Shown in pieces: positions 1-9,709 of a stretch of DNA of 64,000 bases. This DNA is from Microgenomates group bacterium. Its GTDB lineage: Bacteria; Patescibacteriota; Microgenomatia; PFEM01; JBNASD01. The notes below the pieces were generated by a model, which worked only from the letters and a program-made list of their open reading frames with translations, did no database searches and was not told the DNA's origin. Numbering within the stretch: the first letter of the stretch is position 1; each line of letters begins with the position of its first letter. A program made the position numbers and the translations under genes. The stretch covers positions 143 through 64,142 of the forward strand of contig JBNASD010000003.1 in the NCBI GenBank assembly GCA_049720225.1, given 5' to 3'.

Positions 1-93
1 TGTAACAATACCTCTTTATACAAAGTTAATCCCTTAGCTTCAGGCTGTGAAGAGACTCAATGTCCAGAGATTCCAATTCAAACTGTGCGCTAA
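1..93 (+). CDS. 3' end (partial) of secreted protein; carries the conserved Cys-containing FN3-like C-terminal module (CNNTSLYKVNPLA.GC.E.QC)
   Basis: In-frame translation CNNTSLYKVNPLASGCEETQCPEIPIQTVR*, near-identical to the C-termini of ORFs 2732..3358 and 3424..5778; stop TAA at 91-93. Confidence 0.6.
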   Translation, partial: CNNTSLYKVNPLASGCEETQCPEIPIQTVR

Positions 94-97
94 AACT

Positions 98-2647
98 TTA
101 AGGCGCCAATTCTTCCCATAAAGAAGCTCGCCTCCATAAAGAAGAATTAAGATTTAAAAAAAGCTTTGGTTGATAAACAAATTTCTCTGCTGGCGTAGTT
201 TTGTTTCTTTGGGTTCCTAAATCACGGGTTAAACGGAAGTATTTAGCGATTACTCCTCCGTTGACGATTAATTGTTGGGAGCTAGGTGTTCCTTCATTAA
301 AATCATTAGCGGAATACTCATTCTCTACTGAAGAATAAAATCCCTCGTTAGTAATAAAAAATCCTGATAAAGAGGAAATATCTTTTGAAATTCCTATTCC
401 TTCGGAGGCTACTATCACCAAACTTCCGCCATTATTGATATCAACAGTAATTGGTTGATTAATTAAAAGTTTCCCTTCAACAAGAATAACTATCTTTCGT
501 GTTCCAATATTCAAAGACTCTCCTAATTTTAAATTTCCCCTAAAACCAAAAATATCTTTATCGGAAGAAAGATTTTCTTGAAAAATTTCTTCTAGTTCTT
601 CAAAAGAAGAAACTTCGGTAATCTTTTTAAAATAATCAAAATCAAACCAATTAACAAAGGTAGTATTGGCTAACCAACCTAAAGAAGAAACACTTCCCAA
701 ACCAAAAATCACTTCTTCTCCTCCGTAAGAAACTATCCCCGGATAACCTCCCAACCCCTCTAAGGAAAAGAAGTTTCCTGAGGGCATAAAGGAAATAATT
801 TCATTTTGGGTATGAACTGCTCCTTCTTGGGTTTGAAACCAAGTTTTTTGACAGCTTGGATCTTCTACACATTGAGTATTAAAATCGCATTGACCCTGGG
901 TGGGATCGCCGTTATAGTAACAGTATTGAACTTGACAAATTTCGTTGGGGACACAATCGCAATCACCACAGGAAAGATTTTGCCAATTACCACAAACACA
1001 TGCAGGGGTAACACTTGGAGAAACAGAAGGAGGAGCTGGCACATTATTAATTTGATCACTACAATTTAGAGGATCACAACCTGCTTTTATTGGTCTTACT
1101 TCATAAATTACCTTACTTCCTGGCGGAAAGCCTTCGCCATTATTGTCAGCAGTATACGAAGTAACATTTCTTCCTACCGTAGCTAAATATCGGGGAAAAC
1201 ATTCACCAGAAGAATCTGTTTGACATAAATAAATTTCATATCTATCTTCATAATTAACGTCACTCCATCTAATTGCTTTATTGTAATTTCCGTCACGTCG
1301 GGGAACATCGTCATCGGTTACCAACGAAGGACACAAAGGACATATATCTTGTTTGCAAATATAAATTTTCCTTGTTTTATTAGTTTTATCTTTTAATAAA
1401 TCCCGCCAGTAAATCCAACCTCCTCCGGCTTTATTATCAACCTTACAGTATAATCGGTAAGAATTACCATCAATCACCGAAGGAAAAGAAGAAAAATAAA
1501 CAGTTAACCAATTTTGCCCTAAAGAAAATGGACCATCATTGGGTAAACTTTCTCCTAAATTTAATGTACCGGTTTGGTCGGTAATTTTACAGGTTAAAAC
1601 TTTATTTCCTTTAGCAACGTCTCGATCTAATTCTCCCAAAATTTCTACCCTGTCAATGTAACCAGTTTTATTGGCGATAAAATTTGCGTATTGATTTTCG
1701 TTATAAGAATCAATTAAGGCAGTACCGGTATTATGATCAAGTTGTTGCAAAGATAAAGGGCAAATATAGGCGGGAGTGGGAGTAGGAGTTGCTATCCCTC
1801 CACCGCCCTGTGATCCTCCACAAACGGTATCGGAAAATTTATAAAAAATTGTAAATCCACCGAATTCTACAGAAGTAATTACAAGACTAGATCCAATAGG
1901 CGGTGGTTTTTGAGAATTTATAGTTTTTAGTGCTCTAAAAGTACCGTTGGTTGTTGGATATAACGTAATAGGATTATAATAACATCTGCCTTCATTTAAA
2001 GAAAATGGAGCACAATAATTATTCAAACAAAAAAGATAATTATCGCAACTTCCTCCACCATTAATTATCCCTCTAATTTCTGGGCCGGAGGGATATTGAT
2101 AAAACCATCCATATCGAGCGTTTGTATAAACAAGATTACACCCCGAAGAGTTTAAGCATCCTGAGTTTAAATAGTTAGGGTAATCTTCGTCGCTTTTTTT
2201 GTATTCTGGTCTTTTTTCTTCACAATAATGAATTTTACCATCCCCTACATATCGATACATCACATTTGCCCAACACTCTCCACACCCAATAGGAGCAGTA
2301 AATTTAGCAAAAAAACGAATTCCTCCATTCCAAATTTCTCTCTTCGAAGAAGAAGCAGGAATCCAGCTTGAATTGCCTAATTTAAAAAGAGGTTGCTCCC
2401 GAAGGTATTCCTCTTTAATCCAAAATTCTATAGTAGTATCAGCTTTTTCAATTAAGAAATTAAAATGTTGCAAAACAGAACCACGTTCTCCCGAAATAGC
2501 ATAATATAAAGAACTATAAGTATGCATATTTCCTACTTTTACTCCATCAACATAACATTCTATATAAGCAAACGTTTTCGAAGGAAAAAAAAGAAGAACT
2601 AAAAATAAAAATAACAGAGAAAAAGAAAAGAAAATTAATTTCTTCAC
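98..2647 (-). CDS. large secreted Cys-rich protein with PT-rich linker and FN3-like domain; hypothetical surface protein
   Basis: N-terminal signal peptide MKKLIFFSFSLLFLFLVLLFFPSKTFA; many paired Cys; TPTPTP linker; FN3-like segment W..V...RYEIYL...SYT; 849 aa ORF. Confidence 0.6.
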   Translation of the reverse strand: MKKLIFFSFSLLFLFLVLLFFPSKTFAYIECYVDGVKVGNMHTYSSLYYAISGERGSVLQHFNFLIEKADTTIEFWIKEEYLREQPLFKLGNSSWIPASSSKREIWNGGIRFFAKFTAPIGCGECWANVMYRYVGDGKIHYCEEKRPEYKKSDEDYPNYLNSGCLNSSGCNLVYTNARYGWFYQYPSGPEIRGIINGGGSCDNYLFCLNNYCAPFSLNEGRCYYNPITLYPTTNGTFRALKTINSQKPPPIGSSLVITSVEFGGFTIFYKFSDTVCGGSQGGGGIATPTPTPAYICPLSLQQLDHNTGTALIDSYNENQYANFIANKTGYIDRVEILGELDRDVAKGNKVLTCKITDQTGTLNLGESLPNDGPFSLGQNWLTVYFSSFPSVIDGNSYRLYCKVDNKAGGGWIYWRDLLKDKTNKTRKIYICKQDICPLCPSLVTDDDVPRRDGNYNKAIRWSDVNYEDRYEIYLCQTDSSGECFPRYLATVGRNVTSYTADNNGEGFPPGSKVIYEVRPIKAGCDPLNCSDQINNVPAPPSVSPSVTPACVCGNWQNLSCGDCDCVPNEICQVQYCYYNGDPTQGQCDFNTQCVEDPSCQKTWFQTQEGAVHTQNEIISFMPSGNFFSLEGLGGYPGIVSYGGEEVIFGLGSVSSLGWLANTTFVNWFDFDYFKKITEVSSFEELEEIFQENLSSDKDIFGFRGNLKLGESLNIGTRKIVILVEGKLLINQPITVDINNGGSLVIVASEGIGISKDISSLSGFFITNEGFYSSVENEYSANDFNEGTPSSQQLIVNGGVIAKYFRLTRDLGTQRNKTTPAEKFVYQPKLFLNLNSSLWRRASLWEELAP

Positions 2648-2731
2648 TTTAACTTAAGATTAAATTAATTTAAGGGTATTGTCAAGAGAAAAAGTTGCAA
2701 GAATTTTTTTCTTTATGTTATTCTTAAAAAA

Positions 2732-3358
2732 ATGAAGAAAAAAATTTTTTTAATAATCTTGCCCCAACTATTCCTCTTAATTTTCTTTCCTTCTTTAATA
2801 TTTGCTGATGAATGTCCTTCGCGGTCAATAGGAGACATTAATTGTGATAGAGAAACAAATCAACAAGATTTGGAGTATCTTTTAAACCTCTGGAATTATT
2901 TAGGAGAAATCCCAGGAGTTTCTTTAGGAGATATTAATAATGATAATAAGGTAGAAGAAAAAGATCTCCATATTCTGCTTTTTAATTGGTTAAGAACTTT
3001 TGCGCCAACCTCTACCCCAACCCTTACTCCTACTCCATCAGCTTCTCCTACTCTTACCCCTCCTCCTACGACTAATTGTCCCTCTGTCTGCCCAGAAATT
3101 ATTTTCTATAGTTCAGGAATTGAAGGTGATCAACAAACCTGCTATGTAAAATTAGTTTGGAATCCCTCTCCTTCTGCCACCGTTTATCGAGTTTATCGAA
3201 ATGCGGTTTATAAAGAAACAACTAATAATCACTATACCTGGCACTTTGTTCCTTGTAACAATAATTCATTATATAAAGTCCAGCCCACTGCTCCTAATTG
3301 CCAAGAAATTTCCTGTTCGCCAGTAGCGGTAAGAACCCCTCCTCTTCCCAATCAATAA
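2732..3358 (+). CDS. secreted protein: dockerin-like Ca-binding repeat pair + Pro/Thr linker + conserved FN3-like Cys C-terminal module
   Basis: Signal peptide; two 12-residue loops DINCDRETNQQD and DINNDNKVEEKD, each followed by a hydrophobic helix, matching the D-x-N-x-D-x-x-x-N/E-x-x-D dockerin/EF-hand pattern; PTSTPTLTPTPSASPTLTPPPTT linker; C-terminus paralogous to 1..93 and 3424..5778. Confidence 0.6.
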   Translation: MKKKIFLIILPQLFLLIFFPSLIFADECPSRSIGDINCDRETNQQDLEYLLNLWNYLGEIPGVSLGDINNDNKVEEKDLHILLFNWLRTFAPTSTPTLTPTPSASPTLTPPPTTNCPSVCPEIIFYSSGIEGDQQTCYVKLVWNPSPSATVYRVYRNAVYKETTNNHYTWHFVPCNNNSLYKVQPTAPNCQEISCSPVAVRTPPLPNQ

Positions 3359-3423
3359 AATATCAGCATTTTTAAAGTAATTATTGACAGGGTTGGAAAT
3401 TTACCATTAAAATAGTTTATAAA

Positions 3424-5778
3424 ATGCTTAAAAGAAAAGATTTTTTTCTTTTTTTTCTTATTTCTTCTTTAGGATTAATTTTAATTATTTCCAATTTTTT
3501 TCTCCAAGAAAAACCATCATTTTTTTCCAAAGCTCAAGAATTTTCTTCGGCCACTATCACTTTTCAGCAAGGAGTCAATAATTATCAAGGAACAACCAGT
3601 AGTTATATTTTTTCTTGGTATCCTGATAAAAATTTCCAATCAGAAAATAAAAATTTAATCTACACTACCTCCGCTTTTACTTTAATAAGATTTGATCTCT
3701 CTTCTCTTCCTCAAAATGCTAAAATTGACAACGCTGCTTTAACTTTATGCGCCGTTAGTAAATATGGTTCCTCAACCTCCCCGTTAAGTATAAAAGTGTT
3801 CCCACTGATAAGATCTTGGAATCCTAAAACAGTTACTTGGTTTCAGGCAGACATTTACCAGGAATGGACAAAACCAGGGGCTCAAGATCCAATTCAAGAC
3901 CGAAAAAATAATTATGTTGCTAATTTGGGTATTAACAACGTAGGTTGCTATAACTTTCCTCTCACTTCTATAGTTCAAAGATGGGTCGCTTATCCTCAAA
4001 CTAATAAGGGGATTATTTTAGCCTCTTTAGAAGGGGCGGGAGTTGGTTATTTTTTTGCCGATGAAAGTTATCCTACTGTCTCCAGCCGACCAAAACTCAC
4101 TATTTCTTATACTCTTTCTCCAACCAATAATCTTCCTCCTTATGTCAGTTTTACTTCTCCTTCTTCTGAACAATTTATCACCGATCCTTTCGCTTTAGAG
4201 GTAATCACTCAAGACGACAAAGGAATTTCCCGAGTGGAATATTATTTAGATGGCAATAAAATTACTTCTTTAACTAATCCTCCTTATATTTTTTCTCTTG
4301 TTCCTGGACATTATTCTTTGGGGACTCATCTTCTTACGGCAAAAGTTTTTGATGATATTGGACAACAAGATGAGGATAATCGTTTAGTTAATTTTTATCA
4401 AAAAGATGATGGAGTAATTACCTTAGCCCAAATTTCTGATAACCATCTTGAAAGTAGTTCTTTATATCCTCAAAGATTAACTCAGGTTCTTCAAGAAATA
4501 AAAGACGTGATCAAACCAGCCTTAATTATTGATACCGGTGATTTAGTTACCACTCCCTCTACCGCTAATTATCAGCTTTATAGTAACATTATAAATAATT
4601 TAAATTTGAAAATCCCCCTCAAAATTATTCCCGGCAATCATGATCTTACTGACGGCGGAGCCAGTTTAAAAAATGCCCTTAGCGCCGCAAAAGAAAAATT
4701 CTTTTTAGACATCGAAAATTATCGTCTTTTAGGAATTGGCTGTTACAAAATTGCTCAATATCAAAATTGGGCGGAAAATCTTTTAAAAGAAAATAAAAAG
4801 GAAATAATTTTTTCTCATTATCCCGTCGTCCTTCCTCCTGATAAAGCTTCCAATTCTTTATATCAGATGTCTCCCTCAGAAAAAACCGCTTTAATTTATT
4901 TATTTAGAAATTTTTCTCCTCTTTTTTATTTCTCCGGTCATGTCCATGAAAGATTTCTTTTAGAAGAACCAGAAACTTTAGTTCCTAACTTAAGTGTGTT
5001 AGCCACTACTCAAAAATCTGGTTACGAAATTATTACTTTAGATAATGGCATAATTTCTAGTAATGTTACCTATATTAATGAAAGTCCCCGCTGGCCAGTA
5101 GTTGTTATTACCTCTCCTCAATCATTTTATGGGTTAAATAACCAAAAAATTATCTCGGGAATAGTGAAAATAAGAGCCAAAATATTTGATCCTAATCCCA
5201 TAAATACTGTTGAGTACAAAATAGATTCTGAAAATTGGATAAGAATGGAAAAGAAAGGATTTTCAGTTTACGAAAAAGAATGGGATACCGCTGGTTATCC
5301 AGGCGTTCATACTCTTTATGTCAAAGCTATTAATTCATTGGGAAACCAAAAAATAACTCAAATCAAGGTTAATGTTTCCTCCTCTGTTCCTTCACCTACA
5401 CCTCCTTCCCCTCTACCTACAGTTACCCCCTCACCTTCTTTACCTACCAATACCCCTACACTCCTTCCTACCAACACTCCTACTCCTACTCCCACACCTT
5501 CTTCTTCCTCTTGTCCTTCTTCTTGTCCCCAAATTACTTCTTATTCTTCAGGGAAAGAAACTGATGGTACTTGTTGGGTAGAGCTTTCTTGGAAACCTGT
5601 TCCTAATGCCACTTCCTACAAAATTGTTAGAAATAGTTCTACTTACAAAACTACCACCCAAACTACTTATCGTTGGCGTTGGTTACCTTGCAACAATACC
5701 TCTTTATACAAAGTTAATCCCTTAGCTTTAGGATGCCAAGAAATTCAATGTCAAGAAGTGGCGATTAAGACTCCATAA
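3424..5778 (+). CDS. secreted calcineurin-like metallophosphoesterase with Ig-like domains, PT linker and conserved FN3-like C-terminal module
   Basis: Signal/TM N-terminus; MPP motifs ISDNHLE (DxH), DTGDLV (GDxxD), IPGNHDL (GNHD/E), SGHVHER (GHxH); two bacterial Ig-like segments; PSPTPPSPLPTVTPSPSLPTNTPT linker; C-terminus ...CWVELSWKPVPNATSYKIVRN...LPCNNTSLYKVNPLALGCQEIQCQ. Confidence 0.65.
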   Translation: MLKRKDFFLFFLISSLGLILIISNFFLQEKPSFFSKAQEFSSATITFQQGVNNYQGTTSSYIFSWYPDKNFQSENKNLIYTTSAFTLIRFDLSSLPQNAKIDNAALTLCAVSKYGSSTSPLSIKVFPLIRSWNPKTVTWFQADIYQEWTKPGAQDPIQDRKNNYVANLGINNVGCYNFPLTSIVQRWVAYPQTNKGIILASLEGAGVGYFFADESYPTVSSRPKLTISYTLSPTNNLPPYVSFTSPSSEQFITDPFALEVITQDDKGISRVEYYLDGNKITSLTNPPYIFSLVPGHYSLGTHLLTAKVFDDIGQQDEDNRLVNFYQKDDGVITLAQISDNHLESSSLYPQRLTQVLQEIKDVIKPALIIDTGDLVTTPSTANYQLYSNIINNLNLKIPLKIIPGNHDLTDGGASLKNALSAAKEKFFLDIENYRLLGIGCYKIAQYQNWAENLLKENKKEIIFSHYPVVLPPDKASNSLYQMSPSEKTALIYLFRNFSPLFYFSGHVHERFLLEEPETLVPNLSVLATTQKSGYEIITLDNGIISSNVTYINESPRWPVVVITSPQSFYGLNNQKIISGIVKIRAKIFDPNPINTVEYKIDSENWIRMEKKGFSVYEKEWDTAGYPGVHTLYVKAINSLGNQKITQIKVNVSSSVPSPTPPSPLPTVTPSPSLPTNTPTLLPTNTPTPTPTPSSSSCPSSCPQITSYSSGKETDGTCWVELSWKPVPNATSYKIVRNSSTYKTTTQTTYRWRWLPCNNTSLYKVNPLALGCQEIQCQEVAIKTP

Positions 5779-5782
5779 AAAA

Positions 5783-6307
5783 ATGCAATTATTAAAAATT
5801 TTAATTTTTACTTTCTTGTTTTTTTTCCTATTTGAAAGAAAAGCATTATCAGTCAACATTAATATTGATCCAAAAATTATTAAAAATGAACATTTCCATC
5901 AACTTTTAGGAAATTATATCAATCTTACCACCGGAAGTTTTTTTCAAGATTTCAACAATCAGGAATTTATTAATAGTGCTAAACAAATTATTCCCCAAGC
6001 GGGTGAGCCTCCGGTAATGCGCCTTTATTGGGACCTTACTAATAGCCAAATAATCCAAATTATTAATTTTTGTAAAGAAGTAAATTGTGATCCTATGTTT
6101 GCTTTTTCCGATAATCTTAATCTTAATGACCCACAAATAAGAGAACAAATAAAAGTGAAAATAAGATTTATTAAAAATTCATGCGAAACAATTTTTGAAG
6201 ATAATAACCATTGTCTTCATTGGGATATAGGAAATGAACCTTCAAAAGAATGCTATAAAATCCAACAAGTAGCTTCTTTATTATCCAAAATTATTTCCTT
6301 TAATTAA
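5783..6307 (+). CDS. glycoside hydrolase family 5-like, N-terminal fragment (signal peptide + catalytic-acid region); appears frameshifted into the next ORF
   Basis: Signal peptide; HWDIGNEPS matches the GH5 signature around the catalytic Glu (I-G-N-E-P); frame ends at 6305-6307 while frame 0 is open from 6273 onward. Confidence 0.5.
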   Translation: MQLLKILIFTFLFFFLFERKALSVNINIDPKIIKNEHFHQLLGNYINLTTGSFFQDFNNQEFINSAKQIIPQAGEPPVMRLYWDLTNSQIIQIINFCKEVNCDPMFAFSDNLNLNDPQIREQIKVKIRFIKNSCETIFEDNNHCLHWDIGNEPSKECYKIQQVASLLSKIISFN

Positions 6308-7409
6308 AGAAGAAATTCCTAACGCTATTATTCATGCTTTAGAACTTTACCATTACCCTTTAACAGTTAATCAACAAACTTCTCCTTGTAAGGAGAAATG
6401 TCCTAATTATGATATCGGACAATGTATCATAAAACTCCTTAATGAAATTAATCCTAATGCAAAAATTGATGTAGTGGCTACTCATTGGTATCCTTACATT
6501 TCTTCTCAAATAAGTTCAATTACAGGAACAAGTATTCTTACTTGGGAAGGGATTGATCCCTCTAATAAAAGACAGAAAATGCTTTATCCCTATGAACTAA
6601 CTAACTCCAGTACTGGCATTGTAAGTTATACTAAAAACTATTCTAACACCGAAAATGCGGTAGTAGGAATCGGTGAATTTAGTACCGTTGGTTTAACAAA
6701 CAATATTCCTTCGCTTCAGAAAAATAATGTCACATGGGGAGCAGCTTTTTGGACAATGGATGTAATAGGAATTATGGCCGAGGCGGGAATCAAATATGCT
6801 CAGAAACATATCTTAAATGGCAAAATAATCCCCGGTGTTCTTTCTACTTATACTTTTCCTACAATTGGCTTCCAAGGAGAAAGATTACCTCTCTCTTACG
6901 CTTATGAACTTTACGCTAAATATTTTGGTAATAAAATAGTTCACTCTTATTCAGATCAACCACAATTATTAAATGTTCACGCTTCCCTGGATGATTGGAA
7001 AAGATTAAAAGTCCTCCTTATTAATAAAACAGGAAACAATCAAAATGTAATTTTAAACATAAACAATTTTCTTCATAAAAATTTAGTCATTTTTCATTCC
7101 TTAACTATTCCCAATAGAGATAATTTTGAAAGGCTCTCTTTAGATGAAAGAGGAATAGCAAAAATCACCACTTATGATAGAACTATCGAAAGAAATCTTA
7201 GTTTTTCTATAACTCCTTTCACCGCCACTATAATTACCTTTTTCCCGGATTGTGCAGATTATAATAAAGGTAATCTTAATTGCGATGAAAAAATAGACTC
7301 AATCGATATTAATATCGCAATTAATTCATGGCTAGAAAAGTTTTATAACTTAAATCAGGATTCAATCAATGATGAAGAAGATTTAACTATTATTCTCAAA
7401 AATTTTTGA
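6273..7409 (+). CDS. GH5-like hydrolase C-terminal portion with C-terminal dockerin-like repeat pair (continuation of 5783..6307 after a frameshift)
   Basis: Frame-0 ORF open from 6273 (after TAG 6270-6272); track ORF starts at GTG 6474; C-terminal NLNCDEKIDSID...INSW and NLNQDSINDEED...LKNF dockerin-like loops. Confidence 0.5.
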   Translation, partial: LLYYPKLFPLIKEEIPNAIIHALELYHYPLTVNQQTSPCKEKCPNYDIGQCIIKLLNEINPNAKIDVVATHWYPYISSQISSITGTSILTWEGIDPSNKRQKMLYPYELTNSSTGIVSYTKNYSNTENAVVGIGEFSTVGLTNNIPSLQKNNVTWGAAFWTMDVIGIMAEAGIKYAQKHILNGKIIPGVLSTYTFPTIGFQGERLPLSYAYELYAKYFGNKIVHSYSDQPQLLNVHASLDDWKRLKVLLINKTGNNQNVILNINNFLHKNLVIFHSLTIPNRDNFERLSLDERGIAKITTYDRTIERNLSFSITPFTATIITFFPDCADYNKGNLNCDEKIDSIDINIAINSWLEKFYNLNQDSINDEEDLTIILKNF

Positions 7410-7424
7410 TAAAAAAAATAAAAA

Positions 7425-8159
7425 TCAACGGTCTAAAAAAACTAACCAAACAAACTTTAATAAATTTATTTGCCTTCTCCACCTCCACGGCTGTATCAAA
7501 AGCCTAAATAACCACTCAAACCCTATCTTTCTAATAAAAAGTGGTGCACGAGGAACAAAACCAGTTAAAAAGTCTAATGCCCCCCCTACCCCCATTGCCA
7601 ACAAAATGTCGTTTTTTGGCAAATTTTTCTTAATCCACTCCTCTTGTTTTCCCATTCCTTGACAGGCAAAAACAATATCCCATTTTTGTTTTTGCCAATT
7701 GGGAGTTTCCTCTAAAGAAAAAATTTTTGCTCCTTTAAATTTTTCCTGCAAAATTTTAATCTGTCGCCTTCTTTCCTCTCCTGAATCATCATGATTTCTT
7801 GCTCCCACCACTCCTATTTGCCATCGATAAGTTTGCCCTAACCTTAATAAATCTTCCACCAAATCCGCACCGGCTATCCGCTCCGGTAATGAATAAGAAG
7901 TTTTTCCTCGCCATTTTAAATACCGAGAAGCCCAAACCAAGCCTATTCCATCCGCCACCGCCATATCCGCTAAGTTAAGAATTTCTTTAAATCTTTTATT
8001 TTCTTGGGCATAAACCACAAACTCGGGATTAACGGTTACTAAAAAAGTTTTTTTCCCTCTTTTAATTCCTTCTTCAAGGTAATTTAGCACTTCATTATAT
8101 CGATTGCTATTTAAATTAATTCCTAAGATTTTTACTATTTTTCTATCCTTTTTATTCAT
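7425..8159 (-). CDS. WecB/TagA/CpsF-family glycosyltransferase (GT26; N-acetylmannosaminyl-transferase-like)
   Basis: Family-typical sequence KILGINLNSNRYNEVLNYLEEGIKRGKKTFLVTVNPEFVVYA...ADGIGLVWASRYL and ~244 aa length. Confidence 0.75.
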   Translation of the reverse strand: MNKKDRKIVKILGINLNSNRYNEVLNYLEEGIKRGKKTFLVTVNPEFVVYAQENKRFKEILNLADMAVADGIGLVWASRYLKWRGKTSYSLPERIAGADLVEDLLRLGQTYRWQIGVVGARNHDDSGEERRRQIKILQEKFKGAKIFSLEETPNWQKQKWDIVFACQGMGKQEEWIKKNLPKNDILLAMGVGGALDFLTGFVPRAPLFIRKIGFEWLFRLLIQPWRWRRQINLLKFVWLVFLDR

Positions 8160-8550
8160 ATTTTTTTGAAAAATTTTAATATTTTAAACAGTTTAAACTC
8201 GAAAAAATTGACTTAAAAACGATTTACGCTCAAAAAGTTGGTCTTTTTTTTCTATTTTTTAATCTTATAATATTTTATTATAGGTTTTAATTTTGTAAAA
8301 GTTTTAAATTAAAAACGGTCTAAAAAGGGCTTTAAAATATAGGGTTTATTTTCAATACCCATGTTTTTCAAATTTAAAATATTTTGAGTAAAAAAAATAA
8401 TCAAAAAAAGGCCCTTTAAGTATTAAAAAAATTATTAAAGAACAAAAAATTTAATTTAAATTTTTTTATAAAAATATAGGATTAAAAATTTTCTAATTTT
8501 CTTTTTAATTTTTTATTTTTTAACTTAATTTTTTTAAAAAAATATAGGAT

Positions 8551-9600
8551 TTATTTATTTTTAATCACCTGACGATAAAAATCCAAATTTTCTAAAATAA
8601 TACCAATCCCTTTAATGACACAATAAAGTGGTTCTTCGGCAACATGAACGGGTACGCCAATTTCTTCGGTAATCAACTTATCAAACCCTCGAAGCAAACT
8701 TGTTCCTCCAGCAAAAAAAATTCCTTTATCAATAATATCGGCTGATAACTCGGGAGGGGTTTCTTCTAAAACATCTTTAATTACCCCAATAATTTGGTTT
8801 AAGACTGGCCGAATTGCTTCGGTAATTTCAGTCGAAGTAATTTCAATCAACTTAGGCAAACCACTAATTGAATCTCTTCCTTTAACCTCCATTACCTCTT
8901 CCTTTACTACCGGTAAGGCGGAACCAATTTTTAACTTGATTTCCTCCGCGGTTTGCTCGCCAATAATTAAAGAATGTTTTTTTCTTAACCAGCTGGCAAT
9001 TGCCTCATCAATTCGGTTGCCGGCAATTCGTACCGAACGACTGACAACCACTCCTCCTAAAGAAATTACCGCTGCCTCTGTTGCTCCCCCACCGCTATCA
9101 ACAATCATACTTCCTGAGGGAACATCAATAGTAATTCCTGCTCCCAATGCCGCCGCCAAGGGTTCGTCTACTAGCCACGCGGTCCGTGCTCCTGCCGATA
9201 AGGTGGCATCTAAAACTGCTCTTCTTTCAACCTGTGTACTTCCTGCCGGGGCACAAATCATCACCTCAGGACGTAAAAAAAAGCTTTTCCCAATCGCTTT
9301 TTCCAAAAAATAGCTCAAAATTGCCTCCGTAATTTTATAATCAGCAATCACCCCATCGCGCATTGGTCGCGAAGCGATAATTGTTTCTGGTGTTCGGCCA
9401 ATCATCTGTTTTGCTTCCTCTCCCACTGCCAATACCTCTCCTGTTTCTGTGGAGACCGCTACCACTGTTGGCTCGTTTAAAACTATTCCTTTTCCCTCTA
9501 CCCAAACTAACGAGTTAGCGGTCCCTAAATCAATGCCAATTTTTGGTCCCAATGAAGAAAAAAATTGCTTAAAATTTTTGAGGTTGATATTTTTTAACAT
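8551..9600 (-). CDS. mreB: rod-shape determining actin-like protein MreB
   Basis: IGIDLGTANSLVWVEGKGIVLNEPTVVAV, DSGGGATEAAVISLGGVV, FAGGTSLLRGFDKLITEE: actin/MreB ATPase motifs over full length. Confidence 0.9.
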   Translation of the reverse strand: MLKNINLKNFKQFFSSLGPKIGIDLGTANSLVWVEGKGIVLNEPTVVAVSTETGEVLAVGEEAKQMIGRTPETIIASRPMRDGVIADYKITEAILSYFLEKAIGKSFFLRPEVMICAPAGSTQVERRAVLDATLSAGARTAWLVDEPLAAALGAGITIDVPSGSMIVDSGGGATEAAVISLGGVVVSRSVRIAGNRIDEAIASWLRKKHSLIIGEQTAEEIKLKIGSALPVVKEEVMEVKGRDSISGLPKLIEITSTEITEAIRPVLNQIIGVIKDVLEETPPELSADIIDKGIFFAGGTSLLRGFDKLITEEIGVPVHVAEEPLYCVIKGIGIILENLDFYRQVIKNK

Positions 9601-9709
9601 ATTTTGATCGATTTATTTTAAACTTCTTTTCTTCTTTGATAATAACACTTTTTAGAAAATACAATCAACCGTTGCTCAATAAGTATTATTATGATATGAT
9701 AATCTTAAA

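Noticed and set aside
806-1069. Short ORFs 806..1069(+) and 865..1059(-) inside the 849-aa secreted protein gene
   Set aside because: Fully embedded in and antisense or out-of-frame to a long ORF with coherent domain structure; low-complexity translations.
8936-9332. ORFs 8936..9313(+) and 9147..9332(+) overlapping mreB
   Set aside because: Antisense to a highly conserved mreB coding sequence; spurious.
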